In this document: one piece after another, positions 33,041-44,151 of the stretch
Position numbering within the stretch: position 1 is the first letter of the stretch
How the letters are laid out: each line of letters opens with the position of its first letter
Origin: an uncultured Candidatus Saccharibacteria bacterium
Lineage (GTDB): Bacteria; Patescibacteriota; Minisyncoccia; UBA6257; 1-14-0-10-40-38
Reading direction: 5' to 3'
NCBI GenBank assembly: GCA_964543265.1
Contig: CAZIWN010000003.1
Coordinates: 1 to 62,593, forward strand
Length of the DNA stretch: 62,593 nucleotides
Notes under the pieces: generated by a model
What the model was told of the DNA's origin: nothing
Database searches by the model: none
The model's input: only the letters and a program-made list of their open reading frames with translations
Translations under genes and position numbers: made by a program

Positions 33041-33616
33041 TTATGATTTCTTATTTCTTAGAGCTTCTTTTAATCTCTCCTTAAAACCGGTAGTTTTAGG
33101 ATTGATTTTGCTGACTATATTTTTGGCTTCGAGCTTTGAATAACCCAAAGTCACCAAGGTTTCCTCTAGTTCTAAATCTGACTCCATAAGAGTTAAGGTT
33201 TGGCTTGATACTGGAAGATCTAATTTACCTTTTAATTCTAAAACAATTCTTTCTGCAGTTTTTTTACCAACTCCAGAGGCGCGAGTTAAGAGATCTGCCT
33301 TGCCCTCATTAATAGCAGTTACTATCTGATCGATTTTCCCCAATCCAAGAACAGACATAGCTGATTTTGGTCCGATGCCAGAGATACTAATTAATTTTTC
33401 GAAAATGTTTAACTCTGATTCAGTTAAAAACCCATAGAGATCTAAGGCGTCTTCTTTGACGTTGAGGTGAGTAAAAATTCTGGAATCTGCTTCACTTACG
33501 GAAACATTTTTTAGAGTGTTTTCTGAGGCATAAATTTTATAAAAAATTCCTCCAACATTGATAGTGAAAAAATTCTGCCTTTTTTCTGATATCTTACCGA
33601 ATAAGGAATGAATCAT
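33041..33616 (-). CDS. ruvA: Holliday junction branch-migration complex subunit RuvA
   Basis: Tandem HhH motifs GIGPKSA and GVGKKTAERI. 191 aa. Confidence 0.85.
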   Translation of the reverse strand: MIHSLFGKISEKRQNFFTINVGGIFYKIYASENTLKNVSVSEADSRIFTHLNVKEDALDLYGFLTESELNIFEKLISISGIGPKSAMSVLGLGKIDQIVTAINEGKADLLTRASGVGKKTAERIVLELKGKLDLPVSSQTLTLMESDLELEETLVTLGYSKLEAKNIVSKINPKTTGFKERLKEALRNKKS

Positions 33617-33664
33617 ATAAATTCAATATATCTTAAAATGGACAAACAAAAAAGGGCCAAGCCC

Positions 33665-34525
33665 TTATTTTATGTAGATATTTTTAGCTCCTTTAATCTC
33701 GAAATAAAGAGCGCATGAAGTATTGCTACCGGAGGAACCGACTTCCCCTATCTTGGTGCGCCTAGAGATAAAATCTCCAAGAGAAACTTTTATATTCTTT
33801 AAATAGCCGTAAATAGTCTTTGTTCCATTAGTGTGCTCTATTTCAATGAAGTTTCCTAGGTCTTTCTTTGAATAATTATCAGAAGAAATATTAGTAACAA
33901 CTCCTTCTGCACTATTTATGACGCTGGCTCCACAGGAACTTGAAACAACGACATAATTAAGAGTTTTATTTATCTCTGAAAGATTGCCTTTTAGGGGAGA
34001 ATCATAGTAACCAGTGATCGTTGGTAGTTTTACGGCTTCCGGCTCAAGAATTTCCGTTTTAGAAGGGATGGTTATTTCCGCGCCAACGCGCAAAACTCCA
34101 TTTTTTAATTCTGGATTACTGACAGTTAAATCTTTGGTTGTTAAACCAAAACTTGCGGCTATTTTCTTTAAGGTGTCACCCTTAGATATCTTGTAAACCT
34201 CAAAGCCTTTGCCAGAATTTGTCGAAAGTATTTTTGAATTAAAATTATTAACCGCTGTTCCAAAGAAATCTAATATTGGTGGGTCTATTTCATCTTCGGC
34301 ATCCTTATCTATGCCATAGATATTATCCATACTGCCAAAAGCAGTCCCGTCTTGGCTTAAAATTGCTAGTCCAGAGAACTTATTAAGCTTCTTAGATTCG
34401 GAGGACTTAATATAGTTGTTTCCCCCGAAAACGTCGCCAAAAAAGGCCAGATTGCCTACGATGCCCACAAAAAGCAAAAAAACCGATAGAACGGTTGTTA
34501 ATTTGAACTTATTCAGTTTTTGCAT
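33665..34525 (-). CDS. Membrane-anchored LysM plus M23-like peptidase domain protein
   Basis: N-terminal TM. LysM YKISKGDTLKKIAASFGLTTKDL. C-terminal M23-like HTNGTKTIYGYL...GEVGSSG. Confidence 0.65.
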   Translation of the reverse strand: MQKLNKFKLTTVLSVFLLFVGIVGNLAFFGDVFGGNNYIKSSESKKLNKFSGLAILSQDGTAFGSMDNIYGIDKDAEDEIDPPILDFFGTAVNNFNSKILSTNSGKGFEVYKISKGDTLKKIAASFGLTTKDLTVSNPELKNGVLRVGAEITIPSKTEILEPEAVKLPTITGYYDSPLKGNLSEINKTLNYVVVSSSCGASVINSAEGVVTNISSDNYSKKDLGNFIEIEHTNGTKTIYGYLKNIKVSLGDFISRRTKIGEVGSSGSNTSCALYFEIKGAKNIYIK

Positions 34526-34551
34526 TATCTTACTTATACACTAATACTATC

Positions 34552-36363
34552 ATGGAGTTAAACCCTAAGCAACAAGAAGCAGTTAATTACGAAGGTGGAC
34601 CACTCCTAATAGTGGCTGGAGCTGGATCTGGAAAAACTAAGACCTTAACCGGAAGGGTTGTTAAAATAATGCAAAAAGGCGCAAATCCAGCATCTATTTT
34701 AGCCATAACATTCACAAATAAAGCCGCTAAGGAAATTAAAGACAGAATAATGGCCTCTGGAATAAATATCAGTCAAAGCAATTCCCCATTTTTGGGGACA
34801 TTCCACTCTTTTGGGGCAAGAATTTTAAAAGAGGAGGCGGAAAAAGAAGGAAGAAATAAAAATTTCACCATTTTTGATGCAGACGATTCATTATCTTTAT
34901 TAAAAAAGATAATGAAGCAATATAATATTTCTAAAGAAAAATATAAACCGAGTGAATTGTTAAGAAATTTTTCGGCGATAAAAAGCGAATTATTAAACCC
35001 TGAAGGAAATCTTGAAACTATTCCCGAGAGATTATTTAAGGAATATGAAGAGGAGTTGAAAAAAAATAATGCATTTGATTTCGACGACTTGATACAAAAA
35101 CCGGTAAAAATACTTAAAGAAAATCCGGAAATATTAAGAAAATATCAGGAAAGATATAAATACATCTTAGTTGATGAGTATCAAGACACTAATACAGCAC
35201 AATATACGCTGGTTAGATTTTTGGCTGAAAAGCATAGGAATTTAAGTGTGGTTGGAGATGACGCTCAAGCAATTTACTCTTTTAGAGGAGCTGATTATAG
35301 AAATTTTTTAAATTTCGAAAAGGATTATCCAGGGGCAAAAGTAATTAAACTTGAAGAGAATTATAGATCTTCTGGAAATATTATCCGAGGAGCTTCTGGG
35401 GTTATCAAAAATAACAAAAACCAAAAACCAAAAGAACTTTGGACCAGTAAAAATCAAGGCGACCCTATAAGAGTTATTTCCGCAAAAAGCCAGGAATTTG
35501 AAGCTGAATTTATAGCAAAAACAATTAAAGATATCTTGAGAAGAAAGGAGCCAAATAAATCTATTGCAATCCTTTACAGAACCAATGCGCAATCCAGAGC
35601 TATTGAACAGGCTTTGATTCGCGCAGATATTGCTTATAAAATTTTTGGCGGATTGAAATTCTACGAAAGAAAAGAAATTAAAGATATTATTTCTGGACTT
35701 AGATTAGCTTCTAATCCTTTTGATAGCGTTGCCGTTGAAAGAATAAAGAAAACATTTTATAAGGCCGTGGCTGAGAAAGTGATATCTAATATGACTAGCG
35801 CCGGTAGTTCTGGGGTGGGAATATTGGATTTGATAAATACATTTTTAGGAACTAGTGATTATTTTGCGGTATTAAAATCTGAATTTGGAAACTCTAGAGA
35901 AAGAATTGAGAACATAAATGAACTTATCGCTTATGCTGGAGAATTTTCTAGTTTGCCGGAATTTTTAGAACAAGTTTCCCTACTACAATCATCCGACGAG
36001 CAGAATAAAAAAGATTTATTTGGAAAAGAGCCGACTGTAAATTTAATGACTATACACCTATCTAAAGGATTGGAGTTTGGAACAGTGTTTTTGTGCGGAG
36101 TAACCGAAGGAGTGCTTCCCCATGAAAGATCTTATGCGACAACAGAAGACATGGAAGAAGAAAGGAGATTGATGTATGTTTCGATGACTAGGGCCAAAGA
36201 AGAACTATATATAACCTACAGCTCTGTGCCTTCCAGATTTATTTATGAAATACCGCAAGAACTAGTTCAGGTTTATAATTTTGGTGGAGTTTCTGGCAGA
36301 TTTGAAAATGATTATGGAGGAGATCTTCCAGATGAGGATGAAAGATATATAGAATATGATTAA
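34552..36363 (+). CDS. pcrA: UvrD/PcrA/Rep-family ATP-dependent DNA helicase
   Basis: AGAGSGKT, VDEYQDTN, YRSSGNI, TIHLSKGLEF, VSMTRAK. Confidence 0.85.
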   Translation: MELNPKQQEAVNYEGGPLLIVAGAGSGKTKTLTGRVVKIMQKGANPASILAITFTNKAAKEIKDRIMASGINISQSNSPFLGTFHSFGARILKEEAEKEGRNKNFTIFDADDSLSLLKKIMKQYNISKEKYKPSELLRNFSAIKSELLNPEGNLETIPERLFKEYEEELKKNNAFDFDDLIQKPVKILKENPEILRKYQERYKYILVDEYQDTNTAQYTLVRFLAEKHRNLSVVGDDAQAIYSFRGADYRNFLNFEKDYPGAKVIKLEENYRSSGNIIRGASGVIKNNKNQKPKELWTSKNQGDPIRVISAKSQEFEAEFIAKTIKDILRRKEPNKSIAILYRTNAQSRAIEQALIRADIAYKIFGGLKFYERKEIKDIISGLRLASNPFDSVAVERIKKTFYKAVAEKVISNMTSAGSSGVGILDLINTFLGTSDYFAVLKSEFGNSRERIENINELIAYAGEFSSLPEFLEQVSLLQSSDEQNKKDLFGKEPTVNLMTIHLSKGLEFGTVFLCGVTEGVLPHERSYATTEDMEEERRLMYVSMTRAKEELYITYSSVPSRFIYEIPQELVQVYNFGGVSGRFENDYGGDLPDEDERYIEYD

Positions 36364-36367
36364 ATAA

Positions 36368-37129
36368 ATGAGGCAAAAATTTGGACAGCATTTTTTAAAA
36401 AATCAGAATGCTGTTAAAAAAATAATAGATGGATTGGATATAAAACCCGGCGAAAAAATAGTTGAAATTGGACCAGGAGAGGGAGCGCTAACATATCCAC
36501 TCCTTAAAGAAATTCAGAGAAATAATGCTGAATTTTTAGGCATAGAGAAAGATCTTTTCTTAGCAGAAAAACTAGTAAAAGAAGGATTAAATGTGGTTGC
36601 AGCTGATGCTCTTGAGGAAATTCCAAAGATGGATGCGAATAATAAAAATTGGAAGCTTTGCGGAAATATTCCTTATTATATTTCTGGATTTCTTTTCAGA
36701 ACTATTAGCGAATTAGAGAATAGGCCCAAGAAAATTATCTTAATGATTCAACGCGAAGTAGCTGAAAGAATCACGGCTAATGCTCCTGAATTAAATATGC
36801 TCGCTGCATCTATTCAGGTTTGGGGAATTCCTAAAATAATTATGAAACTGGGTCCTGAAGATTTTTCTCCGAAACCAGAAGTTGATTCTGCAATAATTGA
36901 AATAGATCTAAAGCAAAATCAATTAAATTCTGATGAATTGAAAAAATATTACGAGACAATGAGAGCGATTTTTAAACAGCCGAGAAAAACCCTATATAAT
37001 AACCTAAGAGAACATTTCGAAGATCAAGATAGAATTAAAAAACTTCTCGAAAAATTGGAAATAAAATCAGAAGAAAGAGGTCAGAATTTGAGCATAGAGC
37101 AATTAATCCAGATATCTAAAGAGATTTAA
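36368..37129 (+). CDS. rsmA: 16S rRNA (adenine1518/1519-N6)-dimethyltransferase
   Basis: FGQHFL start, EIGPGEGALT SAM motif, GNIPYYIS. Confidence 0.85.
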   Translation: MRQKFGQHFLKNQNAVKKIIDGLDIKPGEKIVEIGPGEGALTYPLLKEIQRNNAEFLGIEKDLFLAEKLVKEGLNVVAADALEEIPKMDANNKNWKLCGNIPYYISGFLFRTISELENRPKKIILMIQREVAERITANAPELNMLAASIQVWGIPKIIMKLGPEDFSPKPEVDSAIIEIDLKQNQLNSDELKKYYETMRAIFKQPRKTLYNNLREHFEDQDRIKKLLEKLEIKSEERGQNLSIEQLIQISKEI

Positions 37130-38606
37130 AAATAGCTTGATAATTTAATCTTTCCAAAGGAGAGGAGTCGTCAGTTAAAATGAGATTATCTTGATTAAAT
37201 TCAATCTTTTTAATATTTTGCGTTAAAAAATTTATCGCTTTTGGATACGACGAAGAAATATTTTTTAATTTTTCTAAATTTATTTCATCATCACTAGCAA
37301 GAATAAAGTGGGATCCGGACGATAAATCTACTAAATAAGTATTTTTAAAAACTGAGGCGATTGTGTTGATTGTTGGATTAATTATTAATCCAGAATCTGA
37401 TCCGTCATAAATATTCATAGCCATCAAACCTCCTTTGGTTAATGACTTTTTAATGTGACTAAAGCTTTCGCGAGTATCTAAATAAAAAGGTGTCTCCCCC
37501 ATTCCCCTAAAGAGATCAACTTCCACTAGATCAAATTTTTCCTTGTTTTGGTTTAAAAACAATCTCGCATCTTGTATAGATATTTCTAAATTTTTTGCTT
37601 TATCTAGATGAAAAAAATCAAAACCCAGATCAACAACTTTCTTATCTATCTCAACAGCTTTTAAGCTGACTCCTGGAATATCTTTATAAAAATAAGGAAT
37701 AGTTCCAGCTCCTAGACCTAAAAGGAGAATGCGCTTTGAATCTTTTATAAAGGGAGAAACTTCAAACATATCATAAATATTAGCGCTTTCTTCATTGTTT
37801 TTATGATTATTGTTTTTATAAAAAACAGATTGAGCAAATAAAAAACCCTTATTGGATTTTAAAACATAGACATCTTTAAGATCTTTAATTTCTAAATATC
37901 CATATTGAGATTCTCCGGAATAAAGAATTGATTCGTCAATGTTTTTTTCCCTTAAAGAAAATAGACTTGGGAGAAAAATTAAGACAATTAAAATTTTGGA
38001 AGATAATTTGCTAAAAATTAAAATACATAAAAGAGCAAAGCAACCAAAATAAAAAAGGATAGACAACTTAACCCCCAAACTAGGAATTAGAAAAAAATTG
38101 GTTAAGAATATTGCAAATAACGAACCGAAGCTTCCCACTCCGTATATTTTCCCCGAATAAGAAACAGAATCCAGCCCCTTAACGCTCGCAATCTTCAAAA
38201 AATAAACAGAAAAAGAAGATAGGGCAAAGGACGGGATGAAGAGAGTGAATATAGCAGATAATACTACTCCCCACTCAAACCTATACAAGGATAGCGATTG
38301 CAAAATTTCATTGTAAAAGAGAGATATTAGTAAAAGCCAAAAATAGCCAATAATTGAAAAAATCTTAAAAAATATTTCAAAATTAGTTTTTTTAGAAAAA
38401 TAGCCACCCAAATAATAACCGACAGCAAATGAAAAAATAGAAACGCCTATAAGAGCACTTGAAACATAGACAGAATAACCAAAATATGGAGACAAAATTC
38501 TGAAACCTAAGATTTCTAAACCTATAGAAATGAAACCAGAAAGAAATGCTTTAAAAAACAGACTTATCCCGATATTGGAATTATTCATATGTGATATAAT
38601 TATCAT
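37116..38606 (-). CDS. Polytopic membrane protein fused to a spermidine-synthase-like methyltransferase-fold domain
   Basis: ~7 N-terminal TM segments, then LLLGLGAGTIP...VEIDKKV...VDLF. Confidence 0.6.
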   Translation of the reverse strand: MIIISHMNNSNIGISLFFKAFLSGFISIGLEILGFRILSPYFGYSVYVSSALIGVSIFSFAVGYYLGGYFSKKTNFEIFFKIFSIIGYFWLLLISLFYNEILQSLSLYRFEWGVVLSAIFTLFIPSFALSSFSVYFLKIASVKGLDSVSYSGKIYGVGSFGSLFAIFLTNFFLIPSLGVKLSILFYFGCFALLCILIFSKLSSKILIVLIFLPSLFSLREKNIDESILYSGESQYGYLEIKDLKDVYVLKSNKGFLFAQSVFYKNNNHKNNEESANIYDMFEVSPFIKDSKRILLLGLGAGTIPYFYKDIPGVSLKAVEIDKKVVDLGFDFFHLDKAKNLEISIQDARLFLNQNKEKFDLVEVDLFRGMGETPFYLDTRESFSHIKKSLTKGGLMAMNIYDGSDSGLIINPTINTIASVFKNTYLVDLSSGSHFILASDDEINLEKLKNISSSYPKAINFLTQNIKKIEFNQDNLILTDDSSPLERLNYQAIFKSL

Positions 38607-38633
38607 TATAAAACAATTGCCTCAATTGTAGCT

Positions 38634-39440
38634 ATGAAGAAAATATTTTCTATATCGATAATCGCATTTTCGATCTTTTTGGGAATGATCATAATAGGTC
38701 GTTTTTCTACGTCTAAAGAAAAAAATAATGCCGAAGCTTTAAGCTACAAGGTTGTGACTGAAGATAAAAAAACCAAAGACGATAAAGGAAGATTTATCGA
38801 AAGCCTAGAGGATATAAAACCAACAAAACAAGATATCCCCACTGACAACACCGGCAGCTTAACTATACAAACAGACGGTAATATAACTAACCAAATTGCC
38901 AACCAGATAGCTCAAAAGATGATAGGTGGAGCTAAAGACCCAGACGCACTAATAAAAGACTTAAAATCTGGAGATCCTGAATCTGTGGGCGACGTATATG
39001 CAATAACTGGGCAAATAATTAATGAAAAATCAAAAGAAATAAATCCAGAGAACTTAAAACCTAAAGTAGATTTTAATCAATTAAATTTAATAACCGACAA
39101 CTCAAAGACTGCAAAAGAGAAGTACTTCTCTGATTTAGATTATGTTTTAAATTCTGAAATCAAAACTAATAAAACTGGAGACTTAAGCGCCAAAACATTG
39201 AATGATACTTATTTAAATATAGATTCTGTAATAAAAGATTTAAAAAATCTTAGAACTCCGAGTGATTTAGCGCAATTTCACAGCGAGGTGATTTCTGTTC
39301 TTGGAGGAATAAAAAATAGTATTTCTCAGCTAATAACAATCAATTCTGATCCGGCGAAACTTTTAATTATTCTATCTTCAATGGAAAAATTAAATAAAGA
39401 ATTTCAAGAATTATTTAAGGGTGCTAGTAAATTGATTTAA
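38634..39440 (+). CDS. T4SS-like cluster gene 1: N-terminally anchored orphan
   Basis: TM IIAFSIFLGMIIIG. The rest is hydrophilic with no recognised motif. Confidence 0.5.
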   Translation: MKKIFSISIIAFSIFLGMIIIGRFSTSKEKNNAEALSYKVVTEDKKTKDDKGRFIESLEDIKPTKQDIPTDNTGSLTIQTDGNITNQIANQIAQKMIGGAKDPDALIKDLKSGDPESVGDVYAITGQIINEKSKEINPENLKPKVDFNQLNLITDNSKTAKEKYFSDLDYVLNSEIKTNKTGDLSAKTLNDTYLNIDSVIKDLKNLRTPSDLAQFHSEVISVLGGIKNSISQLITINSDPAKLLIILSSMEKLNKEFQELFKGASKLI

Positions 39441-39441
39441 A

Positions 39442-40941
39442 ATGAAAAAAAGATTTTTAAAAATAATCTCCATAATATCGCTAGCATCACTTCTTTTGAT
39501 GTCTTTTTTTCCGGGAGGAAATTTAAAAGAAGTTTTTGAAACAAAAAAGGCGGAAGCGACACTACCGACTCTTGATTATGCCAATCTCGGAGTTGCCTTA
39601 ACGCATTTGATTGAATATATAGTTGACGTTCTTAAGGAAGCTGCCATTGCCGAACTTAAAAAACAAATATTAGATCAATTAGTAAACCAGGTCATTCAAT
39701 GGATACAGGGCGGAGGAAAACCTAAATTTGTAACAGATTTTGACGGTTTTTTGAAAGAGGCTGGTAATAATGCCGTTGGGCAATTCGCTGAGGATCTGGG
39801 TCTGGAATTTTTATGCAGTCCATTTAATTTACAACTAAGATTTGCCCTATTCCCTGTTGCAAAATTTGGAGGTAGTGGAAAATATTCATGCACACTGGAT
39901 ACAATAGTTGCTAATATCGAGGACTTTAAAAATGACTTTAGAAAGGGAGGGTGGATTGCTTTTGACCAATCCTATGAACCACAAAATAATTTCTATGGAG
40001 TATTAATAACTGCTAATATGGAGAAAAATTCTAAGATCGCAGAGGCAACATCGAAAGCAGTTAATGAAGTTAACCAAGCATCAGGATTTTTATCCAGCAA
40101 AGATTGCGAGGAAGACCCATCTTCTAGCGCGCCTGATGAAGATGGCGATGGTAAAAAAGGAGATATCTTATCTAAGTGCACAGTAACGACCCCCGGAAAA
40201 CAAATAGGAGATTTAACATCTAGAGCGCTTGGTAGCGATTTCGATTTTATAGTTAACGCAGATGGAGTTGGCCAATATGTGGCAGCGATAGCTGATGCAG
40301 CAATAAATAGCTTGATAATTTCTGGCGCCGAAGGACTTTTGGGAGCCAAAAATGGACGCCAAGGCCAAAATGTTCAGGCGGATCCTTGCTCTGGCTTAAC
40401 AGGAAGAGCGCTTGATGCTTGCAAAAATTATCAAAAAACCAGAGGGGCTGAAATTAGAGCACACATAGAATCATTAAAGGGTCAAATAAATCCTCAATTA
40501 GACAATAGAAAAGATGCGAAGAGTGAAATGACTTCTTACGTAGCAAAGTTAGATAATTACATAATAGATTTAAATATTATTAGCGGTAAAATCAATGCTC
40601 TAAGTTGCCCAAGTAAAACAAGTTATCTTAATGAAATAAAAACAGAAATAGATTACGCCAGCACGACTAGACAAGCTAAGTTGAACGAGTCCAGCGAAAA
40701 CGATCTCGTGATAAGTAATTTAGAAAATGCCTTGATTGATTTAGACGAGGTAGCGTCTTCAACAGATGAAGTTAAATTGGTGGATATAATTTCTAATGTT
40801 CAATCTTATATAAGCGACCCGCAACAGGGTGAGAAATTCTTAGAAAAACAAAAAACCGATTTAGCCACCCTAGAAACCAGAATAGACGATAAGCTAACCA
40901 GGTTTAATGGATTATTGAGTGATTGTGTGGCTGGAAGATAA
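39442..40941 (+). CDS. T4SS-like cluster gene 2: secreted 499-aa orphan
   Basis: Signal-like N-terminus, several Cys pairs, coiled-coil C-terminus. Starts 1 nt after gene 1. Confidence 0.5.
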   Translation: MKKRFLKIISIISLASLLLMSFFPGGNLKEVFETKKAEATLPTLDYANLGVALTHLIEYIVDVLKEAAIAELKKQILDQLVNQVIQWIQGGGKPKFVTDFDGFLKEAGNNAVGQFAEDLGLEFLCSPFNLQLRFALFPVAKFGGSGKYSCTLDTIVANIEDFKNDFRKGGWIAFDQSYEPQNNFYGVLITANMEKNSKIAEATSKAVNEVNQASGFLSSKDCEEDPSSSAPDEDGDGKKGDILSKCTVTTPGKQIGDLTSRALGSDFDFIVNADGVGQYVAAIADAAINSLIISGAEGLLGAKNGRQGQNVQADPCSGLTGRALDACKNYQKTRGAEIRAHIESLKGQINPQLDNRKDAKSEMTSYVAKLDNYIIDLNIISGKINALSCPSKTSYLNEIKTEIDYASTTRQAKLNESSENDLVISNLENALIDLDEVASSTDEVKLVDIISNVQSYISDPQQGEKFLEKQKTDLATLETRIDDKLTRFNGLLSDCVAGR

Positions 40942-40952
40942 TTAAAATAAAA

Positions 40953-43232
40953 ATGTTTCATAAATTACTAAAAAATAAAAAATTCATACTGGCCACAATA
41001 TTAATTGCTGGACTGTTTTTAATTTTTAGCACAAAAAGCGCTAATGCGTGCAATGTGTTCACTAATGGAACCGCGTGTATAGAGGAATTTGTAACCTACA
41101 TCATTCAAACTATTACTTATGCAATATTCTTCGTTTTAGGAAAAGCGATAAATCTTATTTCTCAATTTTTATTTCCTGTCGTCTATCTTGGCAATCAAGC
41201 GATAGGAAGTCCGTTAGTCAGGACCGGATTTAAAATTTGCCTACAGATAGCTAATCTTGGTTTTGTGGTTTCGATTATATATGTAGCTTTTGCAACAATA
41301 ACAAAGTTTAATGACTATAAGATAAAAGATTTTTTAATCAAACTCATAACAGCGGCTGTTCTTATAAATTTCAGCTTTGCCATGGCGGGAACAGTAATGG
41401 ATATAAGTAATGTGATTGGAAATTATTTTCTATCTAAGTCAATCCCGGGAGATGGAAATCTAGAAGGATTTTCAACACAAATGGCAAATGCTTTTAATTT
41501 GGGTAAACTTAATGCCGTTAAAGAGGGGCCAAACGAGGGATTTACAGATAACCTTTCGTCTCTAGGAAGATCTTTTTTGAATCTGATATTTTCTATGGGG
41601 CTTTCTATTTTTATAAGCATAATAGTTTTGCTTACGTTTATTGGCATTGTAGGAATGATGTTGGCGAGATATGTCTGGATGGTAATTCTTATAACTTGCA
41701 TGCCGATTATCTGGCTTTGTTATATGAGTCCGTTTCCAGAAATAAAAGGGTATTTCAATAAGTGGTGGAAAATGTTTTTGAAGTGGATATATTTTTATCC
41801 AGTCACAGCATTCTTTCTTTATCTTGCGCTACTAACAGCAACAAGCGTAACCAATGGAGCATCTAGCGCTGTTTATTCCCAAGGCTCAGCTCAAGAATTA
41901 AATAAAACGATATTAAATGAATCTGGATTGACTGGATTAATTGACGCAATACTTAAAGCAGCAATGTTTATGGCGGCGCTTTATCTTGGAAGCCAAGCTG
42001 GAGGAGGATTTATGAAGACAACAATGAGCTGGGCTAATGGGGCTAAAAATAAATTTGTAGGAACTTATAGAGCTATGGGAGGTGCTCCGATTAAGGGAGT
42101 AAAATATGTCGGCCAGGGAGCTAGAAGATACGGGACTTCGCTTTTAAGAACAGAGGGAAACTTATTTGGTAAAAAAATTCCGTTCATAGGGGGAAAACAA
42201 AATATAGAAGCCATGAAGTCTCTGGGGGGAGATATTAAAGGATTTAAGGGGGCTCTTTATAGAGGACTACTCAACGCAACGGGTATAAGACCAGCTGCTA
42301 GAGTGGTGGGTAATGCGCTAGAGGCAGCTTCTAGTGGAAAAAATATAAAAGCAGAAGCAGAAGCTAGATTGAAGGATAGATCTCATGATGATTTGGCTAG
42401 AAATTTCCCAACCTTAACCGATATAGAAAAAATGGTGGCAATAGAGCGAGCTAAGAAAGATGATAAATTAGACAAATATGATATGGTGGATTATTTAGCT
42501 AAAGCGAATAAAAATACTTGGGAAAAATTTGGCTCTACAAAAGACCTTGAAGCTATTGAAAAAAAGACTGGAATAAATCAAGAAATGGCTAAGGCTTTGC
42601 AAAATAAAGACGATGAGACTTATAAAAAAGCAATGACTGCGTTTTATTCTAAATTTAAGGAGGGCGACGTAAAGACATTAAGCGACGATGCCTCAAGGCA
42701 GGAATTTGATGAAACTGGTAAGAGTAAACTTCATAAGGCTCTCGGAAAGGATAACTTTAATGCCTTAAGAGATGGGATATCTGATGTCTTATTAAAGAAA
42801 TTCCCAAGCGCATACATAGGTAGAGTTATAAAAGATCTTCCAAACCTTAAAGCTGTTGACGCTTTTAAGGTAAGACTCATAACAACATCATCTCTAAGAT
42901 CGGAAATAGGTGGAATTGGATCTGATAAGGCTAAAGTGGATAAAATTACAGATTTACTACAATCAGCTGGGTTGATAACGAGCTTTAATAACGATGTAGA
43001 ATTAGACACCGCAAATAATCAATTTAAATTAAAGAAGCCAATAACAAAAGAAGAGCTTATCAAAAAATATGAAAATGAATCTGACCCAGTTAAAAAATCT
43101 GAAATAAATAAAGTAATAATGCACTTTTTAGAAAGTGATGATGCTAACGTTAGCAAGGCTTTAAATAGTGGAATAAATAAGAGACTAACCGGTTTCGTTG
43201 ATGACTCTGGAACAACTACGCAAAATCCATAA
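40953..43232 (+). CDS. T4SS-like cluster gene 3: VirB6/TrbL-like polytopic protein with a long hydrophilic C-terminal half
   Basis: ~8 TM in the first ~370 aa, then a ~390-aa soluble region. Start moved to ATG 40953 (MFHKLLKNKK). Confidence 0.55.
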   Translation: MFHKLLKNKKFILATILIAGLFLIFSTKSANACNVFTNGTACIEEFVTYIIQTITYAIFFVLGKAINLISQFLFPVVYLGNQAIGSPLVRTGFKICLQIANLGFVVSIIYVAFATITKFNDYKIKDFLIKLITAAVLINFSFAMAGTVMDISNVIGNYFLSKSIPGDGNLEGFSTQMANAFNLGKLNAVKEGPNEGFTDNLSSLGRSFLNLIFSMGLSIFISIIVLLTFIGIVGMMLARYVWMVILITCMPIIWLCYMSPFPEIKGYFNKWWKMFLKWIYFYPVTAFFLYLALLTATSVTNGASSAVYSQGSAQELNKTILNESGLTGLIDAILKAAMFMAALYLGSQAGGGFMKTTMSWANGAKNKFVGTYRAMGGAPIKGVKYVGQGARRYGTSLLRTEGNLFGKKIPFIGGKQNIEAMKSLGGDIKGFKGALYRGLLNATGIRPAARVVGNALEAASSGKNIKAEAEARLKDRSHDDLARNFPTLTDIEKMVAIERAKKDDKLDKYDMVDYLAKANKNTWEKFGSTKDLEAIEKKTGINQEMAKALQNKDDETYKKAMTAFYSKFKEGDVKTLSDDASRQEFDETGKSKLHKALGKDNFNALRDGISDVLLKKFPSAYIGRVIKDLPNLKAVDAFKVRLITTSSLRSEIGGIGSDKAKVDKITDLLQSAGLITSFNNDVELDTANNQFKLKKPITKEELIKKYENESDPVKKSEINKVIMHFLESDDANVSKALNSGINKRLTGFVDDSGTTTQNP

Positions 43233-43241
43233 AAAAATATA

Positions 43242-44138
43242 ATGATAAGAATACAAAAACAAGAAGCTGAAAAAAGATGGGGTGAATTATCCCCTACGTT
43301 AAGAGAGGCGCTTTTTAGCGAGGAAAATTCCAGCGTTGTTTTACAAGTATCTGGAGCAAAAAAATTAAATGAAAAACAGATAGAGTGGCTACTTGTTACA
43401 ACCGGAGACGTGATAATGGGATTTATTCCATTGGATCCGGTTAAAATTGCCGAAGAAATCTCTGAAAGAACTGGGATCGATAAACAAACGGCTTATGAAA
43501 TCTCTCAAGAACTAAGCAGAAAAATATTTGATAAATTAAAGTCCGAAATAGAAAATATTGGAATTGGGGCTTCTGTCATTTACAATAATTCATCGATAAA
43601 CTCGGATCAAACACAATCTATACCTAAGACTACAAATGAGTTTAGAAACATGATGAATGATAATCAAAACAAAATACAACCAGAGCCTGGTATTCAAAGA
43701 GGGCAGGCCATGCAAAATTTAGAAAGTAGATTGAGTGGTTATAATCAAGAATCTCGCCCAAGAGAGTTTTTAAATGAATTAACCAATGATAGAAATAAAA
43801 GATTTGAACAAAGCACGTTTAATAATCGTGGCGGTTTTTCAAACAACGCAAAAACGGAAGAAACTCACGAAGCTCCATTTATAATTCACGAAGAAAAACC
43901 TGTATTTTCCAAAGAGCAAACTGGTTTTAAAAAAGAGGAGTCCAACTCCCCTATGTCATATCAGCCCTTTAAAATCCAAGATGTTAAGCCACAAAAGGAA
44001 GCTCCTATATCTGCAAAAATAGACTTTGGAGAAGAAAAGCCTCGCAAAGCTTCGCCTTGGGATGATAAAGATAAAGACGACAATATAAGAGTAGTTCACT
44101 ATAGCGATTTTAAATCGATGCCAAAAAAACAGAGTTAG
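43242..44138 (+). CDS. T4SS-like cluster gene 4: hydrophilic orphan
   Basis: 298 aa, N/Q/E/K-rich, no TM. Confidence 0.45.
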   Translation: MIRIQKQEAEKRWGELSPTLREALFSEENSSVVLQVSGAKKLNEKQIEWLLVTTGDVIMGFIPLDPVKIAEEISERTGIDKQTAYEISQELSRKIFDKLKSEIENIGIGASVIYNNSSINSDQTQSIPKTTNEFRNMMNDNQNKIQPEPGIQRGQAMQNLESRLSGYNQESRPREFLNELTNDRNKRFEQSTFNNRGGFSNNAKTEETHEAPFIIHEEKPVFSKEQTGFKKEESNSPMSYQPFKIQDVKPQKEAPISAKIDFGEEKPRKASPWDDKDKDDNIRVVHYSDFKSMPKKQS

Positions 44139-44151
44139 CTGACTCTGTTTT

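Noticed and set aside
32518-33143. Alternate frames around cassette 4: 32518-32760, 32566-32868, 32711-32998 and 32883-33143.
   Set aside because: They are shadow ORFs of a GC-rich segment. The terminator's wobble pair is valid only in the minus-strand RNA, which supports the 32555-32923 minus-strand gene.
40923-40952. The upstream start (MCGWKIIKIK) for the VirB6-like gene, and the TTG 61173 start for ruvB.
   Set aside because: Both extensions overlap or abut the preceding gene and add non-homologous residues. The ATGs at 40953 and 61200 give typical N-termini.
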